Shown here: positions 13,882 to 26,715 of the stretch, piece by piece
How positions within the stretch are numbered: the stretch's first letter is position 1
Layout of the letters: every line of letters begins with the position of its first letter
DNA from: Hemiscyllium ocellatum
Lineage: Eukaryota
Reading direction: 5' to 3'
Assembly (NCBI RefSeq): GCF_020745735.1
Contig: NC_083449.1
Coordinates: forward strand, 8,592,923 to 8,656,922
Length of the DNA: 64,000 bases
The notes under the pieces: model-generated
What the model saw: only the letters and a program-made list of their open reading frames with translations
The model's database searches: none
Told to the model about the DNA's origin: nothing
Made by a program: the position numbers and the translations under genes

Positions 13882-14428
13882 TGTAGCTCAGGTTGAGGTT
13901 CTGGATCTAGGTTTTCTCACGAAGCTGCAAGGTTCTTTTTCAGATGTCTTGTCACCATACTAGGTACCATTATCAGTGAGCCTCTGGATGAAGCACTGGT
14001 GGTATGGCCTGCTTTCTATTTGTGTCCACTACACTGGACAAACAGGCAGAAAACAGGATACATGAACATCAACTAGCCACAAAAAGGTATGACCCATTCT
14101 CACTAGTATCCTTACATACAGATGAGGAAGGACATCACTTCAACTGGGACAACACATCCATCCTGGGACAAGTCGAATAGAGACATGCATGAGAATTCCA
14201 ACCAGAATTCCATCAACAGATTGACTTGGATCCCATTTACCACCCCCAGAGAAAATGAACACTAAATGACATCACTACAGGAAATGACATCACCAACCCA
14301 AGGAAACCGAAACATATAAACAGAAAGTGGGCCATACCACCAGTGCTTCATCTGGAGGCTCACTGATGATGTTACCTACAAAATATCTGAAAGCAAGCCT
14401 TCCATCTCAGTGAGCAAACCTACATTCA
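13882..14428 (+). mobile_element. Penelope-like element fragment: GIY-YIG remnant flanked by inverted pLTR-like repeats
   Basis: HYTGQTGRK/RIHEHQLATKRYDPFSLVSLHTDEEGHHFNWDNTSILG from ~14027. ~13905-14020 is the inverse of ~14320-14425. CTGATGA at 14363. Confidence 0.8.
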
Positions 14429-15003
14429 AAACTCTATAAAATTATGAGATGCATGCTTAAGATGATGGTCAGAATCTTTTTTCCAAGAGTTGACATGTGT
14501 AAAACTAAGGGGCGTGCATTCAAGGTGAGACGGGGAAAGTTCAAAGGAGACAGAAGGTGCAGTTTCTTTTAATGTAGGATTGGAACGCACTGCCAGGGGT
14601 GGTGACGGAGGCATATACGATAAAGGTATTTAAGGGACTTTGAAATAAGTAAATTAACATGCAAGAAGTGGGGGGATATGGACCATGGACAGGCAGAAGG
14701 GATTAATTTCATTCAGCGTCATGTTCGGCACAACATCCTGGTCTGAAGGACCCATTCCTCTTGGACCATTCTATGTTCAGATTTAATGTAGTGTACATTT
14801 CAAATGAGGATTCATTCAAATTGATTGGAACTAGGCAGCATTCATTGAGAATATAGATTAAAAAATATAAACTTTATTTCTTTGGTGGTGATTGACTTTT
14901 GGTTTGAACATATCTTTCTGGAAATGGAGCTCCATGTGAATCTGACTCAATTCATTCTGTGACTGTGGAAAGGATGTTCTCCGCTCTGACAGCAGTAACA
15001 TAC

Positions 15004-15085
15004 CTGCTGTTTGTTCGAAACAGCTGATCACACTTGGCTCTGTACCGAGGGAATATTACGTTGTCTTGGTCCTTTGAATACTTGC
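15004..15085 (-). other. Putative non-coding internal exon, copy A (82 nt)
   Basis: Minus strand TCTCTTCTGTCTTCTTCCAG| ... CAG|GTATGT; homologous to the copies at 21279, 40947 and 46509. Confidence 0.5.
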
Positions 15086-15917
15086 CTGGAAGAAGACAGA
15101 AGAGATACCTCCTGTAAATCAATATCAGTTGTGATTGGCAACATCAATGTAACATTGAGTTCATTAGGATCATTAGGATTTGTTGTTTAAAGCCAGCTGC
15201 ACCTCGTCCATTTTTACCAGTTGAGTGAGATTCCAAAACTAAACAATACCCATATTCACTTGCATCAGATGGCCCATTCATGGAGCTGTATGTGGATATG
15301 AGAGGTTAGTCATTGATCTATACCTGTCAGTTCCTGCTTGATGAATGTGTGGGTGTAGTCATCAAACTGTAACTTTCAGTATATGGTAAATTTATTTACA
15401 TATTCACACAACAGGGACTGGTCTGGTCTCATCGATAACTAGAGAATCATAAAAATAATACAGCATCAGTAGGGTAGGAGGCAGCATCCTGCCAATCTTG
15501 TTCATGCAAATGCCAACACACCCAGGTGCCCTTTCTCATCCCACCTTCCTGCCACAGGCCGTAACCTTGCAGTTCCTTGCCCGTAACCTTGAGGTGCAGT
15601 TCCAGAGAATTTTTGTTTTTAAAAAATGCAAGGTCTCTGCCTGCACCACCAAATCAGGCAGCGAATTCTAGATACCCACCACACTCTGCATTAAAAAAAA
15701 ACATTTTTCCTCATATCATCTAATCCTACAACCACTGAGCTTGAAACAGTGATCCCTGGTTTTTGAACTCTCTGTCAAAGTAAACAGGTTCCTCCTGTCT
15801 AATGTTCCCTCCCACGAGTTAGTTAAAAATCACACAACATCATGTTATGATTCAACAGGTTTATTTGGAAGTGCACGCTTTGAGTGCTGCTCTTTCATCA
15901 GTTAGGTCACTATTTAG

Positions 15918-16126
15918 TACTGTAGACCCCCCGTACCTGTGGGGATACGTTCCAGGACCTGCAGCGGAAACGCAAAACCGCAGATAGGTGCAAAACCATT
16001 AATTTAAATGGGATATATGCCTTCCCGGCAGCCTCCTGGTCCGTGGTAAAGGAACATTCCCTTTGATATACTCTCACCACGGTAAACTGCTATAACCGGA
16101 CTTGCAAATATGGGGTCACCCAGTAT
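15918..16126. mobile_element. Tc1/mariner (Tigger-like) MITE remnant
   Basis: TA-flanked C.GTAGACCCCCCGTACCTGTGGGGATACGTTCCAGGACC terminus with a degenerate opposite end. Confidence 0.5.
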
Positions 16127-16139
16127 TCCTTAATTGTGG

Positions 16140-16830
16140 CACCTTTGTTCCATGGAATACAACTCCAATCTCTCCTGATAGCTACAATTCTGGCAACATT
16201 CTAGTAAATCTCCTCTAAACTCTCTCCACAGCAATGATATCCTTCCTGTAATGTGGTGACCCGACTGCACACAATACTCCTGTGTAGCCACCAGTGCCTC
16301 AGTTTCATTGTTGTTTCCCTATTTTTGTATTCATCCCTCTGTCAATGAGGGAGAGCATTTACAACCCCATCTATCTTTAGAGACCTGTTCATTTACACAC
16401 TCACTTCACCTGCCCCTCTCAGTATACTCCCATTTATTGTCTATTCCCATTTACTGTCTGACTTCCCAAAATGCATTCCCTCACACTTATCAGAGTTGAA
16501 CTCCATCTGCCACTTTCCTGCCCACTCCACCAAACCACCTACATAGTTTAGGAGCCTACAGCTATCCTCCACACTATCCACTACACAGCCAATTTTTCTG
16601 TCGTTTGTTAATTTTACAAATTTGCCCAACATATGCAACTCCAAATCATTAATGTATAAAATGACCAGCAGAGGTCCCAACACTGCAGAGCATGACTTGT
16701 AACGGCTTTCCATTCACAAGCACCACCATTGACCATTATCCTTTCTTTCTTGTGACTGAGCCGACTTAGGATCCAATTCAACACATTACCCTGTATCCTC
16801 TGGGCTTTTACTTCTTGGACCAGTCTGCTG
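16140..16830 (-). mobile_element. Decayed CR1-clade RT fragment
   Basis: AVLGPLLVILYINDL..WAGKWQMEFNSDKCE. Confidence 0.8.
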
Positions 16831-17299
16831 TGATGCTGCTGCTCTTTAACATGCCTCTAAAAGAGACAGGCTCTGAAAAGTCAGAGTTGATGGGTTTTAG
16901 GACCATTTTGATTATAGCTAACAGATAATGCCTCAGGCAAAAGGCTTCCACATTTTTAAACAGAACACTTGTACAATGAAAGGGGGGTGTCCCAGTTTTC
17001 CCAGATCCGCTTTACTCTGGTTTGATTTGGTTTTGACTGGCTATTGACCGAAAGCAGTCAGGCAGTTGAAAAAGCTGCTGAACCCAAAGAAGCTGGTCCA
17101 TGATGGTACTCTTCTCTCTGCCATTTCTCCTGTAAGACCAAGTTTTTGATTTTACCTTTTGTGCCAAGGGGTATTTATGGGGATTGCTGTAAATGTTGGA
17201 AACACCATTAAGTTGGTAAAATATGTTGCTTTTTTGGCTTTTTAAGTTATTTAGTATTCTGTTCTCTTTTGTTTCAGATGCATCCCTGAATATTATCAT

Positions 17300-17436
17300 C
17301 TTAAAAATGATGTCTTATTGAGGAAATGGAGACCATCACATATTCAGGCAGATTAGAAATGGGCAGAAGTTTACCAAGTTGTATTGCCAGTGTATTAAAG
17401 AAAGGACATCTTGCAAGTAGTGCATGAGCTACCTGC
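17300..17436 (+). mobile_element. Gypsy-like pol remnant upstream of the integrase zinc domain
   Basis: LKNDVLLRKWRP..YQVVLPVY*RKDILQVVHELP resembles vertebrate Gypsy pol. Confidence 0.5.
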
Positions 17437-18219
17437 ATAGATTGTGTGTTTGGAATTCACATTATTTAATTGTCATCTCTGTCTGTGACAATTATTCAGC
17501 AAAGGATTAATTCTGTCCTTCTCAGTCATACACAAACACCGTGTAAATATGCTTCATCCCGGTTGGAGGATTTGAGCTATAAGCAGAGGCTGAATAGGCT
17601 GGAAATGTTTTCCCTTGAGATTGACCTTATAGAAGTTTATACAATCATAAGGCGCATGGAGAAGTGGAGGAGGCCAGTACAATTACATTTAAAAGGCATC
17701 TGGGTGGGTATAAAGAGAAAGCCTTAAAACTTGTCCTGAAACATTTAGTCTAAATGTAATGTTGAATTATAGAACACTTGCTGCACAGGAGAAAATAAAC
17801 AGGATAGGCAGGGAAGCATCAGGCCACAAAAGGGGTAACCCAGGATGTGTAGAAGATAAAAACATCAGTTCTCACCAAGTGATAACAGGATGCTCTAAAG
17901 CAATTAAGAACATTTGCCCTAACATCAGTGAATCAGTGGAAAAAGGACACAGTGATAACATTCATAGTTGTTAAATTGTGAAATTAATGACAGTGTTTAA
18001 CTGTGATCTCAGAAACTTTGTATCATCTTAGAAGCATGTCAAAAGCCTTGTAATAAACAGTCAGGTCCTACCAATAATAGTGGGTTCTTATTACCCTTGT
18101 GTGTGTGTGAGAGAGAGAGAGATGCATTTATTTGAATTTATTTGCATTTTGGACTTTATGATTTTGAATAGCCACTGATTATGAAATGTAAACTCTAAAA
18201 TATAATATTGATGACACCT

Positions 18220-20014
18220 TAGAACATAGAACATAGAACAATGCAGCACAGAACAGGCCCTTCGGCCCACGATGTTGTGCCGAACATTTGTCCTAGCTTA
18301 AGCACCCATCCATGTACCTATCCAATTGCCGCTTAAAGGTCACCAGTGATTCTGACTCTACCACTCCCACGGGCAGCGCATTCCATGCCCCCACCACTCT
18401 CTGGGTAAAGAACCCACCCCTGACATCTCCCCTATACCTTCCACCCTTCACCTTAAATTTATGTCCCCTTGTAACACACTGTTGTACCCAGGGAAAAAGT
18501 TTATGACTGTCTACTCTATCTATTCCTCTGATCATCTTATAAACCTCTATCAAATCACCTCTTATCCTTCGCCGTTCCAATGAGAAAAGGCCTAGCACTC
18601 TCAACCTATCCTTGTACAACCTATTCTCCATTCCAGGCAACATCCTGGTAAATCTTCTCTGCACCCTCTCCAAAGCTTTCACATCTTTCCTAAAGTGAGG
18701 TGACCAAAATTGCACACAGTACTCCAAATGTGGCCTAACCAAAGTCCTGTACAGCTGCAACATCACTTCACGACTCTTGAATTCAATCCCTCTGCTAATG
18801 AACGCTAATACACCATAGGCCTTCTTACAAGCTCTATCCACCTGAGTGGCAACTTTCAAAGATCTATGTACATAGACCCCAAGATCCCTCTGTTCCTCCA
18901 CCTGACTAAGAACCCTACCGTTAACCCTGTATTCCGCATTCTTATTTGTCCTTCCAAAATGGACAACCTCACACTTGGCAGGATTGAACTCCATCTGCCA
19001 CTCCTCAGCCCAGCTCTGCATCATATCTAAATCCCTTTGCAGCCGACAACAGCCCTCCTCACTATCCACAACTCCACCAATCTTCGTATCATCTGCAAAT
19101 TTACTGACCCACCCTTCGACTCCCTCATCCAAGTCATTAATAAAAATTACAAACAGCAGAGGACCCAGAACTGATCCCTGCGGAACTCCACTTGTAACTG
19201 GGCTCCAGGCTGAATATTTACCATCTCCCACCACTCTCTGACTTCGACCGGTTAGCCAGTTCTCTATCCAATTGGCCAAATTTCCCTCTATCCCATGCCT
19301 CCTGACTTTCCGCATAAGCCTACCATGGGGAACCTTATCAAATGCCTTACTAAAATCCATGTACACTACATCCACTGCTCTACCCTCATCCACATGCTTG
19401 GTCACCTCCTCAAAGAATTCAATAAGAATTGTAAGGCAAGACCTACCCTTCACAAATCCGTGCTGGCTGTCCCTAATCAAGCAGTGTCTTTCCAGATACT
19501 CATAAATCCTATCCCTCAGTACCCTTTCCATTACTTTGCCTACCACAGAAGTAAGACTAACTGGCCTGTAATTCCCGGGGTTATCCCTATTCCCTTTTTT
19601 GAACAGGGGCACAACATTTGCCACTCTCCAGTCCCCTGGTACCACCCCCGTTGACAGTGAAGACGAAAAGATCATTGCCAACGGTACTGCAATTTCCTCT
19701 CTTGCTTCCCACATAATTCTGGGATATATCCCGTCAGGCCTGGGGGACTTGTCTACCCTCAAGTTGTTCAAAATGTCCAACACATCTTCCTTCCTAACAA
19801 GTATCTCTTCTAACTTACCAGTCCGTTTCACACTCTCCTCTTCAACAATACGATCCCTCTCATTCGTCAATACTGAAGAAAAGTACTCATTCAAGACCTC
19901 TCCTGTCTCTTCCGACTCAATACACAGTCTCCCACTACTGTCCTTGATCGGACCTACCCTCGTTCTCGTCATTTTCATGGTTCTAACATACGCATAAAAT
20001 GCCTTGGGGTTATC
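18220..20014 (-). mobile_element. Young 5'-truncated CR1/HER1-like LINE with uninterrupted RT frame
   Basis: ORF 18293-19978 (561 aa) has [23 protein letters not shown] and FADDTK with no stops; (TTCTATG)n tail; endonuclease absent. Confidence 0.97.
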
Positions 20015-21278
20015 TTAGCGTTCTTACAGACCATGACTGCCCCACTGTCAATTCTAACTCATCAGATCTTCTGTCTGCTTTGAATTTGAATCACAACCCT
20101 GAAAAGAAAGTATGTTTAATTTGAGACAAATGATTCATTAAAAATTCAACCTTGTGGTAACATTTCAGCCCCCGATACGGAATGATGCTGTGTTTAAGAT
20201 AAAAAGCAGGAGTCTGCTCCCAGTTTAAAAATTATTCTAAACCTAACATCAAAGAGATTCTGACACAATCTATTAGGAAGCCATTTTGTGGCCAAAGCTT
20301 GTCCTGCTTGCTCAGAAGCCATTTTGTAAAACAATAATATCTGACATGTGAGCTGTGCAAGGTTACCTTATACCTCTTCCACTTAGTTTAGACTGGTACC
20401 TCTTTATGACAGGGACCTACCTCACCAACAGGCACCTGACTCAGCTGGATCTGTTTTTCTCACCTAATGGATGGTTAAGGGCCGACAGGAGTGATCAGTA
20501 AAGCGCACACAGACCTGTTAATTAACTTCTCTTCCTTACAAATTATTGCCTTTCCACTGTCTATCTAATTAAGAACATGCAGTGTTTTTTGTGAAATTTT
20601 CTAAAAAGGAAGCTTGTTTGAGACAGAAGAGTGGAGTAGCTTGTGAGGACTCTTAAAGGAAGGGCTCTTATCCTACTCTTCTAAGGCTTTAGAACCTGAG
20701 CTAGCCCGGCCCTTAGGTGTCAATGTTACATTGTAACAATGATGCTATTGGTAAATAAAGGGGAAGTCTAAAATTAAGCTAAACTGTTTGCAAGAGGTTT
20801 TCATTCCAGACTACCAAGGAGTACGATCTCCATGATGAACCAAGAGAGGCTTACAGGGCTGAGTCCACAAGGGATTTTCTGTGCTGTCTCAAATTTGTAC
20901 TTTAACAATATGAATAGGAATGATTTAGAGAGAGATGGGAAAGTGCTGGCAAATGGGAGAAGATTAGGTTAGGATATCTGGTTGGCATGGATCGAAGGGT
21001 CTATTTCTACACTGTACATCTCTATGACTCGACGACTCTTCGGTAATTCTTGCCCTGTCGGTGACCATAGTTTCCCTCCATCTCTGTATTTAACCCCAAC
21101 TTCACTGATTGTTGCATTGTTTGAACAACCATGTGGCCTATTTGTCTATCTTCATTGTAACTTTGAAATTGCCCTTAATTACTGAAATTTTTTATGCAGT
21201 TCCTGAATGTCTATTTTGGATGAGGATTCAGTTTATCTATCTTCAAAGCTGGTGTGTAAACTTCAATGGGCTACATGC

Positions 21279-21360
21279 CTTCTGTTTGTCAGAGGCAGCT
21301 GGCCTCGCTTTGTTTTGAACAGAAGACGTATTACAGCGTCTTAGTCCCTCAGGTGTTTTT
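21279..21360 (-). other. Putative non-coding internal exon, copy B (82 nt)
   Basis: Acceptor GTCCCTGTGTCTTCCTCCAG|; donor AAG|GCATGT (GC-type or decayed). Confidence 0.4.
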
Positions 21361-21581
21361 CTGGAGGAAGACACAGGGACACCACCTGTAAATCAACATG
21401 AGGCTAGTCTGGTAATATTGAACTGATCATTGTCACATTGATTGCATCTTCATTAGGATGTGTGTTGATACTTCTTTAAAGCCAACAACTTAACCAGAAC
21501 CATAGGTCTGATTCCATTGTTGCCCTGAGCTGCTCCTTGTCTGGGGATTGTTTGTTTTTCATGTGATTCGATACCAATTGA

Positions 21582-21688
21582 TTTGGAGATGCTGGTGTTG
21601 GACTGGGGTCGACAATGTTAAAAAATCACACAGCAGGAGCTTCCGAAAAAACCGTTGGACTATAACCTGGTGCTGTGATTTTTAAATT
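21582..21688. mobile_element. Short Penelope-derived element (second family) with 12-bp TSD
   Basis: TSD GATACCAATTGA at 21570-21581 and 21689-21700; body TTGGACTATAACCTGGTG..GTGATTTT shared with ~13640, ~15825 and ~31890. Confidence 0.7.
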
Positions 21689-21959
21689 GATACCAATTGA
21701 GTGAGACCCAGAAACTGAGCAACAACTGCCCAGTGCCATGAATGGGAGTACTCAATCATCGGGATGCTTACACAGTTCAATATTCAACTCCCCAACTACC
21801 TGTTGGAAATAGGAAAAACGGCGCTATTTCTAATGTTTTTACCAAGACCCCAGCGCATATCTTTTTACAAGAGTATCACATTCCTACAGTTGGTCCACAC
21901 AACCTCGGGAAACAGATTGAAATTAAAACAGAGTTCAGAGCATTGCAAACCACAGAATG

Positions 21960-22350
21960 ACCCACAGCAGTTTCTTCCCGCTCTCTCTCCCTCAGCAGGC
22001 CCACACACAGCTCGAGAAAGGCCTCTCTCTTCCCCCCCCCAGCCCGCTCACTCCAAGTTCCGGGACCAGTTCCTGCTCCGCTTGGCCTCTTACAAACAGC
22101 CCCCGGTTCTCCCAGAACTCACCCCGAATCAATCCCGGTCTCGGAGCCCCCTCTGTGTCCCAGGCTCCCATCCCGATGTGCTGCGGGAAGGAGCCTGCTG
22201 TTCCCTCGCTTCCCTGGGCGCTGATCTCTCCATTGCGGTCTGTTTCAAACAAACCTCTTGCACTCACTGAGTAAATGCTCCTCAATGGCAGCGTTGGGGG
22301 AGGGTCTCACGCATGCGCTCCTCTACTCAGAGACAGTCCGCTTTGGGGAG
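21960..22350 (-). promoter_or_regulatory. GC-rich putative promoter and first exon, copy 1 (divergent from H4)
   Basis: NRF1-like ACGCATGCGC at ~22309-22318; minus-strand donor GGG|GTGAGT at 22123/22122; highly similar to 47352-47740. Confidence 0.55.
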
Positions 22351-22474
22351 AAAAGGTTCAGTCCCAGATACAGTTGGGGCTGGAGTGAGCTGGAGGCGGA
22401 GCTGGATGAACAAAGCCTGCTCTGTCTGTCACTCAGTTTCCTCTCCGGATCCGCCTCTCACTCTCTGTCAGCTC

Positions 22475-22507
22475 TTTCTCAGTCAGGTCGGGCCGGGCTG
22501 TATAAAA
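22475..22507 (+). promoter_or_regulatory. H4 proximal promoter: H4 site-II-like element and TATA box
   Basis: TATAAAA at 22501-22507. TTTCTCAGTCAGGTCGG at 22475-22491 resembles the vertebrate H4 element TTTCAATCWGGTCCG. Confidence 0.65.
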
Positions 22508-22554
22508 ACGGAAGGGGAGCCAGCTCGGCTCTCATTCAGCAGCGATTGGAGTGA

Positions 22555-22875
<321 letters not shown>

Positions 22876-22907
22876 ACATTAAGCGACCTTTTTCCAGCGA
22901 ACCCAAA

Positions 22908-22950
22908 GGCTCTTTTCAGAGCCACCCAAACCCTCTGATAGAGAGCGGAG
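22908..22950 (+). terminator. Histone 3' stem-loop and purine-rich downstream element (H4)
   Basis: CCAAA-GGCTCTTTTCAGAGCC-ACCCA with the hairpin at 22908-22923, followed by GATAGAGAGCGG. Confidence 0.97.
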
Positions 22951-23373
22951 ACCTGAGGACGGGGAAAGCAGCGCAACTCTAGTGTTGTCGGTTATCTCAC
23001 ATATGCCGTAATTTTAAAATTATTTCCGTTCCGTAACGTACTAATACCGTGTTCCGCGGTGCAACAGAGACCATTCAGTGTGGACGGTTCACTTTTTTGT
23101 TGTTTACCGTGGCCAATGCTTTTACAATTGTAAGCATTCCTCAAGTGTAGTTCAGGGTATTCGGCGAATCTAGCCAAGTGTTCTGCAACCTGATTATTCC
23201 ATGTCAACTATCGCATCATGAGTTGTAATTGTAAAATGTAGTTGCAGCATTGGCCATTCTGCCCATCCAGCTTGTTCTACCATTCGATTATGCAGGGATA
23301 TTTCTCCCTTCTCCCCTTAACCTTCGTTCCTCTCTCGTCTGTCTCAGTAATAATCAATGTGTCATTTATTTAT

Positions 23374-23431
23374 TTATCACGGAGCACTTTGCGGTGAGGC
23401 TTCGCTCCGCCTTTTCCCAGGCCTTTACCTC
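23374..23431 (-). pseudogene. Inverted 58-bp fragment of H4 coding sequence
   Basis: Reverse complement matches H4 22583-22640 at 56/58 positions. Confidence 0.92.
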
Positions 23432-24507
23432 GTCCATGTCTTTTATTTATTGTGGAACCCAGACATTAATGTTACAAATTGCAGTATTCCTATTTCCGAC
23501 GCATAATATTCGGCTCAGTTTTGTTTCTGGGAGCCTATGGATATCTTAATGGTACGTTCTTTCCATCTGCCCGTTCAGACAGTGATTACAAATTGTCTTC
23601 GGGCAAGTAATAATCTGGATGAAATAAAAATATCTTGATCAAGTGTGCTTCTTTAATTTTATCCCTGTACATTGTATTAGCTTTAAAGGTGTTTCAATCG
23701 ACGGGCTTTCAATTGATTCAGAGCGGATGCAAGTTGGGTTGTTCATCCAGAGAGAGCAGAAAGTGATAGGCGTGATTAGTATTTCTAGCGGAAGTTCGTT
23801 CAAATCAAAAACCGCAGGCATTGGCAATGAAATTTGTAACTAACGAGACCTTCATTCAGGGATTGTGGAATGTATGAAAAAATATAGTAATAAGTGTAAT
23901 TTTAACATTAAAATTTTGGTATTGGGTTAGATATTTGTGGAAAAACCCTATCTCCTCATTGACTCCCTTTGCGTTAACATGACTTGTGATGAGGTGGAAG
24001 CAGGAGAAAGAGGGGGAAATGGCGCCAAGAGACCAACGGCTTAGTTTCAAATTTGAAAATGCCCGCCATCACGTATAAAAGAGCAGCAAGTTTTACACAG
24101 GAGAACACACGTTGATTAATTTCATAATCGAAAAAGCAACGTACAGACAATTTCACGTTATCCCATACCCGCCTTTACAGCTGAAAAATGCCTCACTGGT
24201 GTTCAATCTGCTCGCTCTCTCTCTCTCCCCAGAAACAGGGGATACAAGTCTGGATAGGAACCGAGCAGAAAATAAAGCGCAGAGGGTCAGGGACCGTTCC
24301 TTACTGCATCCTGCAGCAACTGACTCGTTACTGCTCTTAAATGAAATGTGAATCTAATGCGAGGTCAAACGCGATCGGGGTCATTCGAAACTCAAGCTAT
24401 TATAACTAAAGACAGATCACTCAGGCAGTGTTCAATAAAAAAATCCTGTAGTCTAGGACATTTATAATTTATCATAGAATGCGATTGTTTCTCTGCTCCC
24501 ATAGACA

Positions 24508-24623
24508 TTCTGATGAAGGGATTTTGCTCGAAATGTCGATGTTCCCGCTCCTCGGATGCTCTCTGAACTGCTGTGCTTTTCCAGCACTACACTCATCTAC
24601 ACCAGCATCTGTACCCTTCACTT
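24508..24623 (+). mobile_element. Short Penelope-derived element with hammerhead core and 11-bp TSD
   Basis: TSD TCCCATAGACA at 24497-24507 and 24624-24634; CTGATGA-AGGGATTTTGCTC-GAAATGTC; empty site in the paralogous arm (~63190). Confidence 0.85.
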
Positions 24624-24762
24624 TCCCATAGACAGTAACAATATCCAATTAAATGGAGCGTGGAATTTATTAATGTCCGGTACAAAGGCGAGCGCTCTCC
24701 ACATTAAAAGGAAAATAATCAATCCGACAGAAAGATTAGCCCCTTTCACAGATGCTGTGAGT

Positions 24763-24778
24763 GGCTCTTAAAAGAGCC
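24763..24778 (-). terminator. Histone 3' stem-loop (H2A, left copy)
   Basis: Minus strand reads GGCTCTTTTAAGAGCC, followed by GAAAGGGGCT (downstream-element-like). Confidence 0.97.
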
Positions 24779-24808
24779 TTTGTGTTGTCAGATTCAAAAA
24801 TGGTTTCT

Positions 24809-25440
<632 letters not shown>

Positions 25441-26109
25441 TTCCAAACAAAGGAGTATGTTTTACATGAAAAATGAAGTACAAGAAAGTGAGGACGTTTA
25501 AAAAACATTAATATAATTGTTAATTGACTTTTAGTTTACAAATATATACTTCACACTGTGTTAATCTCCCTCATTTGCCGACCTCTATCTGTCCATTTCT
25601 GATTTTGAAAGTGGGTTATTTTCTAAACCTTGCGAAGAAGTGAAACAAAACGGGCGAAACACTGAAGTCTGCAACCTGTCTTTTCACTTCACATTTCTTT
25701 AGAACACCAACATGCGGAGAAAGCGGCACACACCAGTCTACCGGCTCAGAATCAATAGAGAAGTCGTCCTCCCTTATCGCTCTCAATCAGATTCAACAAA
25801 AGCTCCACATTTCAGTCCGGTAGCAGTGTTGGTGTTCTCTCGGTTCACTTTGAAAGTCTCTCCAACAACAGGAGGTGGGACTGAAAGACGTGGTCACTTA
25901 CTTTTTTGTCTGCCACGGATGAATATACAAGATGAAAAATGACTCGCTTAATCCGGTTTCTGCACCCAAACCCCACTAATTCGCAAAGTACTTGCAAAAA
26001 CAAATGCATATTGCACTAAAATTAAAAATACCTCGTCCAGAATTACATGGAAGCAAAACAATCAAATCGTAAAAAAAATTGATTCAGCTGTCTCAAGGAA
26101 GTTGTGGAT

Positions 26110-26125
26110 GGCTCTTAAAAGAGCC
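26110..26125 (-). terminator. Histone 3' stem-loop (H2B, left copy)
   Basis: Minus strand reads GGCTCTTTTAAGAGCC. Confidence 0.97.
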
Positions 26126-26166
26126 TTTGGGTTGTGGACGTGTGTGTTTCAGTGCAGTGCGGTCCT

Positions 26167-26547
26167 TCACTTGGAGCTGGTGTACTTGGTCACCGCCTTT
26201 GTGCCCTCCGACACGGCGTGCTTGGCCAGCTCCCCGGGTAGCAGCAGCCGCACGGCGGTCTGGATCTCCCGGGAGCTGATGGTGCTGCGCTTGTTGTAAT
26301 GGGCCAGGCGGGAAGCCTCCCCCGCGATACGCTCGAAAATATCGTTAACGAACGAGTTCATGATGCTCATGGCCTTGGAGGAGATGCCGGTGTCGGGGTG
26401 AACCTGCTTCATCACTTTGTAGATGTAGATGGAGTAACTTTCTTTCCTGGTCCGCTTCCTCTTTCTGCCGCCCTTCGCTGGCGTCTTCTTGATGATTTTC
26501 TTCGCGCCCTTCTTGGACGCTTGCTGCGCTTTCTTCTCATCAGCCAT
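26167..26547 (-). CDS. H2B: Histone H2B (126 aa), replication-dependent
   Basis: MADEKK...[27 protein letters not shown]...AVTKYTSSK; ATG at 26547; TATA at 26601-26607; stem-loop downstream. Confidence 0.98.
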   Translation of the reverse strand: MADEKKAQQASKKGAKKIIKKTPAKGGRKRKRTRKESYSIYIYKVMKQVHPDTGISSKAMSIMNSFVNDIFERIAGEASRLAHYNKRSTISSREIQTAVRLLLPGELAKHAVSEGTKAVTKYTSSK

Positions 26548-26600
26548 AGCGCCGCTCACTTTCAGACACAGAATAAGGGAAAGGCGGCTCGGAATTCGCT

Positions 26601-26715
26601 TTTTATAGACTGACGGCGTCATCAACGCTAATGCGGGACAGTGGGATAGCTCGGATCCTGATTGGGTAGTTTACACTGACGATTTTCACAAAATCTCACA
26701 GTCTCTGATTGGTTA
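26601..26715 (-). promoter_or_regulatory. H2B promoter, left copy: TATA, CRE half-site, degenerate octamer, two CCAAT
   Basis: Minus strand has TATAAAA, TGACG, ATTAGCGT (26625-26632) and CCAAT at ~26661 and ~26708. Confidence 0.7.

Noticed and set aside
18293-19978. Functional host reverse-transcriptase gene
   Set aside because: A 5'-truncated LINE with a retrotransposon tail and no endonuclease or promoter; the open frame is explained by its youth.
20285-20870. Possible additional solo LTR
   Set aside because: LTR-like composition, but I could not identify a TSD or convincing termini.
21764-22285. Protein-coding ORFs over the GC-rich duplicated block (also 47266-47861)
   Set aside because: Open in several frames on both strands, indels between the copies shift frames, and no recognisable domain.
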